From positions 1-21,732 of IMG/VR virus record IMGVR_UViG_2663763286_000005: a stretch of DNA of 21,732 bases. One strand, written 5' to 3'. How positions within the stretch are numbered: the stretch's first letter is position 1; each line of letters starts with the position of its first letter. Position numbers and translations under genes: made by a program. Under the pieces are notes generated by a model, which worked only from the letters and a program-made list of their open reading frames with translations, did not search any database and had not been told where the DNA came from. Of this stretch, positions 19,783 through 21,732 are shown one piece after another. The DNA is from a virus. Its lineage: Duplodnaviria; Heunggongvirae; Uroviricota; Caudoviricetes.

Positions 19783-20040
19783 ATGATTTACCCATCAAAC
19801 AACCCACCAGTTTGCCTGATTGGATACCAGCCTTGCAGTTTTTATGGAATTAATTATGCCATGCTCAAGAGCCTTGTTAGCATCCAAAATGGTCGAGTCT
19901 GCTATCAGGGATGCCCACCTAATATGGGTTCCGATGTCGATATTGAACGTCTCAACGAAGCGATCAAGATCGTTATCGAGGCATTTCCCGTACTCTCTCA
20001 ATCTGGCATGGTCGGCGGCTGGGGTGGCAAAGCCCCATAA
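19783..20040 (+). CDS. hypothetical small Cys-rich protein
   Basis: 85-aa ORF with AAGGAG 6 nt upstream. Four Cys. No family recognised. Confidence 0.5.
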   Translation: MIYPSNNPPVCLIGYQPCSFYGINYAMLKSLVSIQNGRVCYQGCPPNMGSDVDIERLNEAIKIVIEAFPVLSQSGMVGGWGGKAP

Positions 20041-20329
20041 TAGAGGATGTAACAGGAATCTTGATAATGGGTTTGCGAAACGTTCTGAGCCAGCCAGGAA
20101 AACGATATTAGCTATGGATTCAACATTGCTTATGTTGTGAGTTCTAACGGTAACAGGGAGTGACTTAAGAAAGTTATACGCAGTAAAACCAGCGGAGTTT
20201 CCCCTCCCTGACTTGATATATGGATATTTAATTCAGTTGCGCCTTGAGATAATGCGGTGAGACAGTGGTTCTGAAGTTGCCCAACAGTGGCGGTGTTAAC
20301 GGGGCATAAGAAATGAATTGTGTGCAGCA

Positions 20330-20584
20330 TTATTTATCATCCTTGCCATAAATCTTTTTAAGTGTCTCAAACACAACAGTCTTGAACTGCTCTGCCTGCT
20401 GATCAGCCAAGCGTTCAGCTTCGTCGCGATAGCCAGTCACAGGCGATGGTTTTGATAGAGCATCTTGGACGATTTGTAACAACTCGGAGTTCATTGATCT
20501 CCCATTCGCCTCCGCCCTGAATTTTAATTTCTCCCTTACTTCCATAGGCATACGGAAGTTAAAGTGCGGATCATCTCTAGCCAT
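20330..20584 (-). CDS. mnt: Mnt repressor (P22 immI)
   Basis: 84 aa, N-terminal ~55 residues recalled as near-identical to P22 Mnt (ARDDPHFNFRMPMEVREKLKFRAEANGRSMNSELLQIVQDAL...). Divergent from arc. Confidence 0.95.
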   Translation of the reverse strand: MARDDPHFNFRMPMEVREKLKFRAEANGRSMNSELLQIVQDALSKPSPVTGYRDEAERLADQQAEQFKTVVFETLKKIYGKDDK

Positions 20585-20606
20585 GCCATCACTCCAAGTT
20601 AGTGTA

Positions 20607-20635
20607 TTGACATGATAGAAGCACCCTACTATATT
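20607..20635 (+). promoter_or_regulatory. Pant promoter
   Basis: TTGACA at 20607-20612, 17-nt spacer, TATATT at 20630-20635. Matches the P22 Pant layout. Confidence 0.75.
20612..20632 (+). promoter_or_regulatory. Arc operator
   Basis: 21-mer atgatagaagcaccctactat between the -35 and -10 of Pant. One difference from the P22 operator as recalled. Confidence 0.7.
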
Positions 20636-20641
20636 CTCAAT

Positions 20642-20658
20642 AGGTCCACGGTGGACCT
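20642..20658 (+). promoter_or_regulatory. Mnt operator
   Basis: 17-bp palindrome aggtccacggtggacct, matching the P22 Mnt operator. Confidence 0.85.
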
Positions 20659-20674
20659 ATGCTGTGAGGTGAAT

Positions 20675-20836
20675 ATGAAAGGAATGAGCAAAATGCCGCA
20701 GTTCAATTTGCGGTGGCCTAAAGAAGTATTGGATTTGGTCCGCAAGGTGGCGGAAGAGAATGGTCGGTCTGTTAACTCTGAGATTTATCAGAGAGTAATG
20801 GAAAGCTTTAAGAAGGAAGGGCGCATTGGCGCGTAA
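20675..20836 (+). CDS. arc: Arc repressor (P22 immI)
   Basis: 53 aa, matches P22 Arc as recalled ([52 protein letters not shown]). ORF-track start 20612 is upstream of the real start. Confidence 0.95.
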   Translation: MKGMSKMPQFNLRWPKEVLDLVRKVAEENGRSVNSEIYQRVMESFKKEGRIGA

Positions 20837-20904
20837 AGTTGAAGCCCCAACTGCGGGAACAGTCAGGGCTTCGGTATCAACAAATCGGATTAGGAAATAT
20901 TGAC

Positions 20905-21571
20905 ATGAAAAGTATAGCAAAGGCACAAAACGATTTCACCATCTTCAAATTTGGCGACAGTGAAATTCGCGTCATTAACAAGTGCGGCGAGCCGTGGTTT
21001 GTAGCTAAAGATGTTTGTGATGCTTTAGCTTTGACTAACTCACGCAAGGCGCTTACTGCACTTGATGACGATGAAAAGGGAGTAACTTTAAGTTACACCC
21101 TTGGTGGTGAGCAGAATCTAAGCATTGTGAGCGAATCAGGTATGTATACATTGGTTCTGCGCTGCCGCGATGCAGTCAATAAAGGTTCAGTCCCGCACAA
21201 ATTCCGCAAGTGGGTAACAGCAGAAGTTCTGCCTTCAATTCGCAAACATGGCGAGTATGTAAAAGGAAAGAAAACCACTGTGGAGGAAAGAACACCGCTA
21301 CGCGATGCAGTAAACATGCTGGTAGGAAAGAAAGGACTTCGCTATGATGATGGATACAATATGGTTCATCAGCGTTTTGGTATTGACAGCATTGATGAAC
21401 TTTCAATTGAACAAATCCCGCTGGCCGTAGAGTACATCCACAGGGTAGTGCTTGAAGGCGAGTTTATCGGCAAACAAGAGAAGAAAGCAAACGAGCTTTC
21501 TGCAAAAGAAGCAAACAGCCTTGTATGGCTATGGGATTATGCCAATCGCTCACAGGCATTATTCCGCGAAC
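20905..21571 (+). pseudogene. ant: antirepressor Ant, interrupted by IS insertion after about codon 222
   Basis: Hand-translated: [43 protein letters not shown]... (P22 antirepressor N-terminal motifs). The frame runs into the IS-derived sequence at 21572. Missing from the ORF track because no stop occurs before the window end. Confidence 0.8.
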
Positions 21572-21732
21572 TGAACCGCCCCGGGTTTCCTGGAGAGTAT
21601 TTTATCTGTGAACTCAGGCTGCCAGATCATTATTTCCGATGGAAGCATAATAAGCTTTTTCTGCTTCTGCCGGAGGAATATGGCCCAGCCTTTCCAGCAA
21701 TCGTCGATTGTTATACCAGTCCACCCACGTTA
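21572..21732 (-). mobile_element. IS3-family insertion sequence, IS629/IS1203-like, partial (terminal inverted repeat plus transposase 3' end)
   Basis: Terminus TGAACCGCCCCGGG... starts at 21572. The minus strand encodes ...[38 protein letters not shown]-stop. Recalled as near-identical to the IS629 right end. Confidence 0.8.
21614..21732 (-). CDS. IS3-family transposase OrfB (DDE/rve integrase), C-terminal fragment
   Basis: Minus-strand frame ending at stop 21614-21616 (tca on the + strand). Its 5' end lies beyond the window. Confidence 0.8.
   Translation of the reverse strand, partial: TWVDWYNNRRLLERLGHIPPAEAEKAYYASIGNNDLAA

Noticed and set aside
1-21732. CRISPR array or rRNA gene
   Set aside because: No regularly spaced direct repeats with unique spacers and no rRNA-like conserved segments were seen.

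Overview
This window is the late region of a mosaic lambdoid, P22/Sf6-like prophage or phage from an enterobacterial host (probably E. coli or Shigella); all but one gene is on the + strand or divergent only in the accessory and immunity regions. No tools were run: all calls rest on reading the sequence and ORF track, and comparisons to known phage proteins are from memory. Order, left to right: (1) end of a lambda-type nin region (NinG-like fragment, Ser/Thr phosphatase), a phage-21/82-type Q antiterminator, and a lambda-type lysis cassette S-R-Rz/Rz1; (2) a ~0.7 kb ORF-poor, AT-rich island; (3) a P22/Sf6-like packaging and virion module (TerS, TerL, portal, scaffold, coat, gp4, gp10, tail needle, gp14, ejection proteins gp7/gp20/gp16); (4) a free-standing HNH homing endonuclease between gp10 and the needle gene; (5) an accessory locus with a secreted protein, a lipoprotein and a small Cys-rich protein; (6) a P22-type immI region (mnt, Pant with Arc and Mnt operators, arc, ant), where ant is cut by an IS3-family (IS629-like) element that runs off the right edge. 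No CRISPR array, rRNA or convincing complete tRNA was found. The most interesting candidates are the homing-endonuclease insertion with its co-transferred gp10 3' end, the accessory locus at 18.8-20.3 kb, and the repeat-bounded ORF-poor island at 3.7-4.35 kb.
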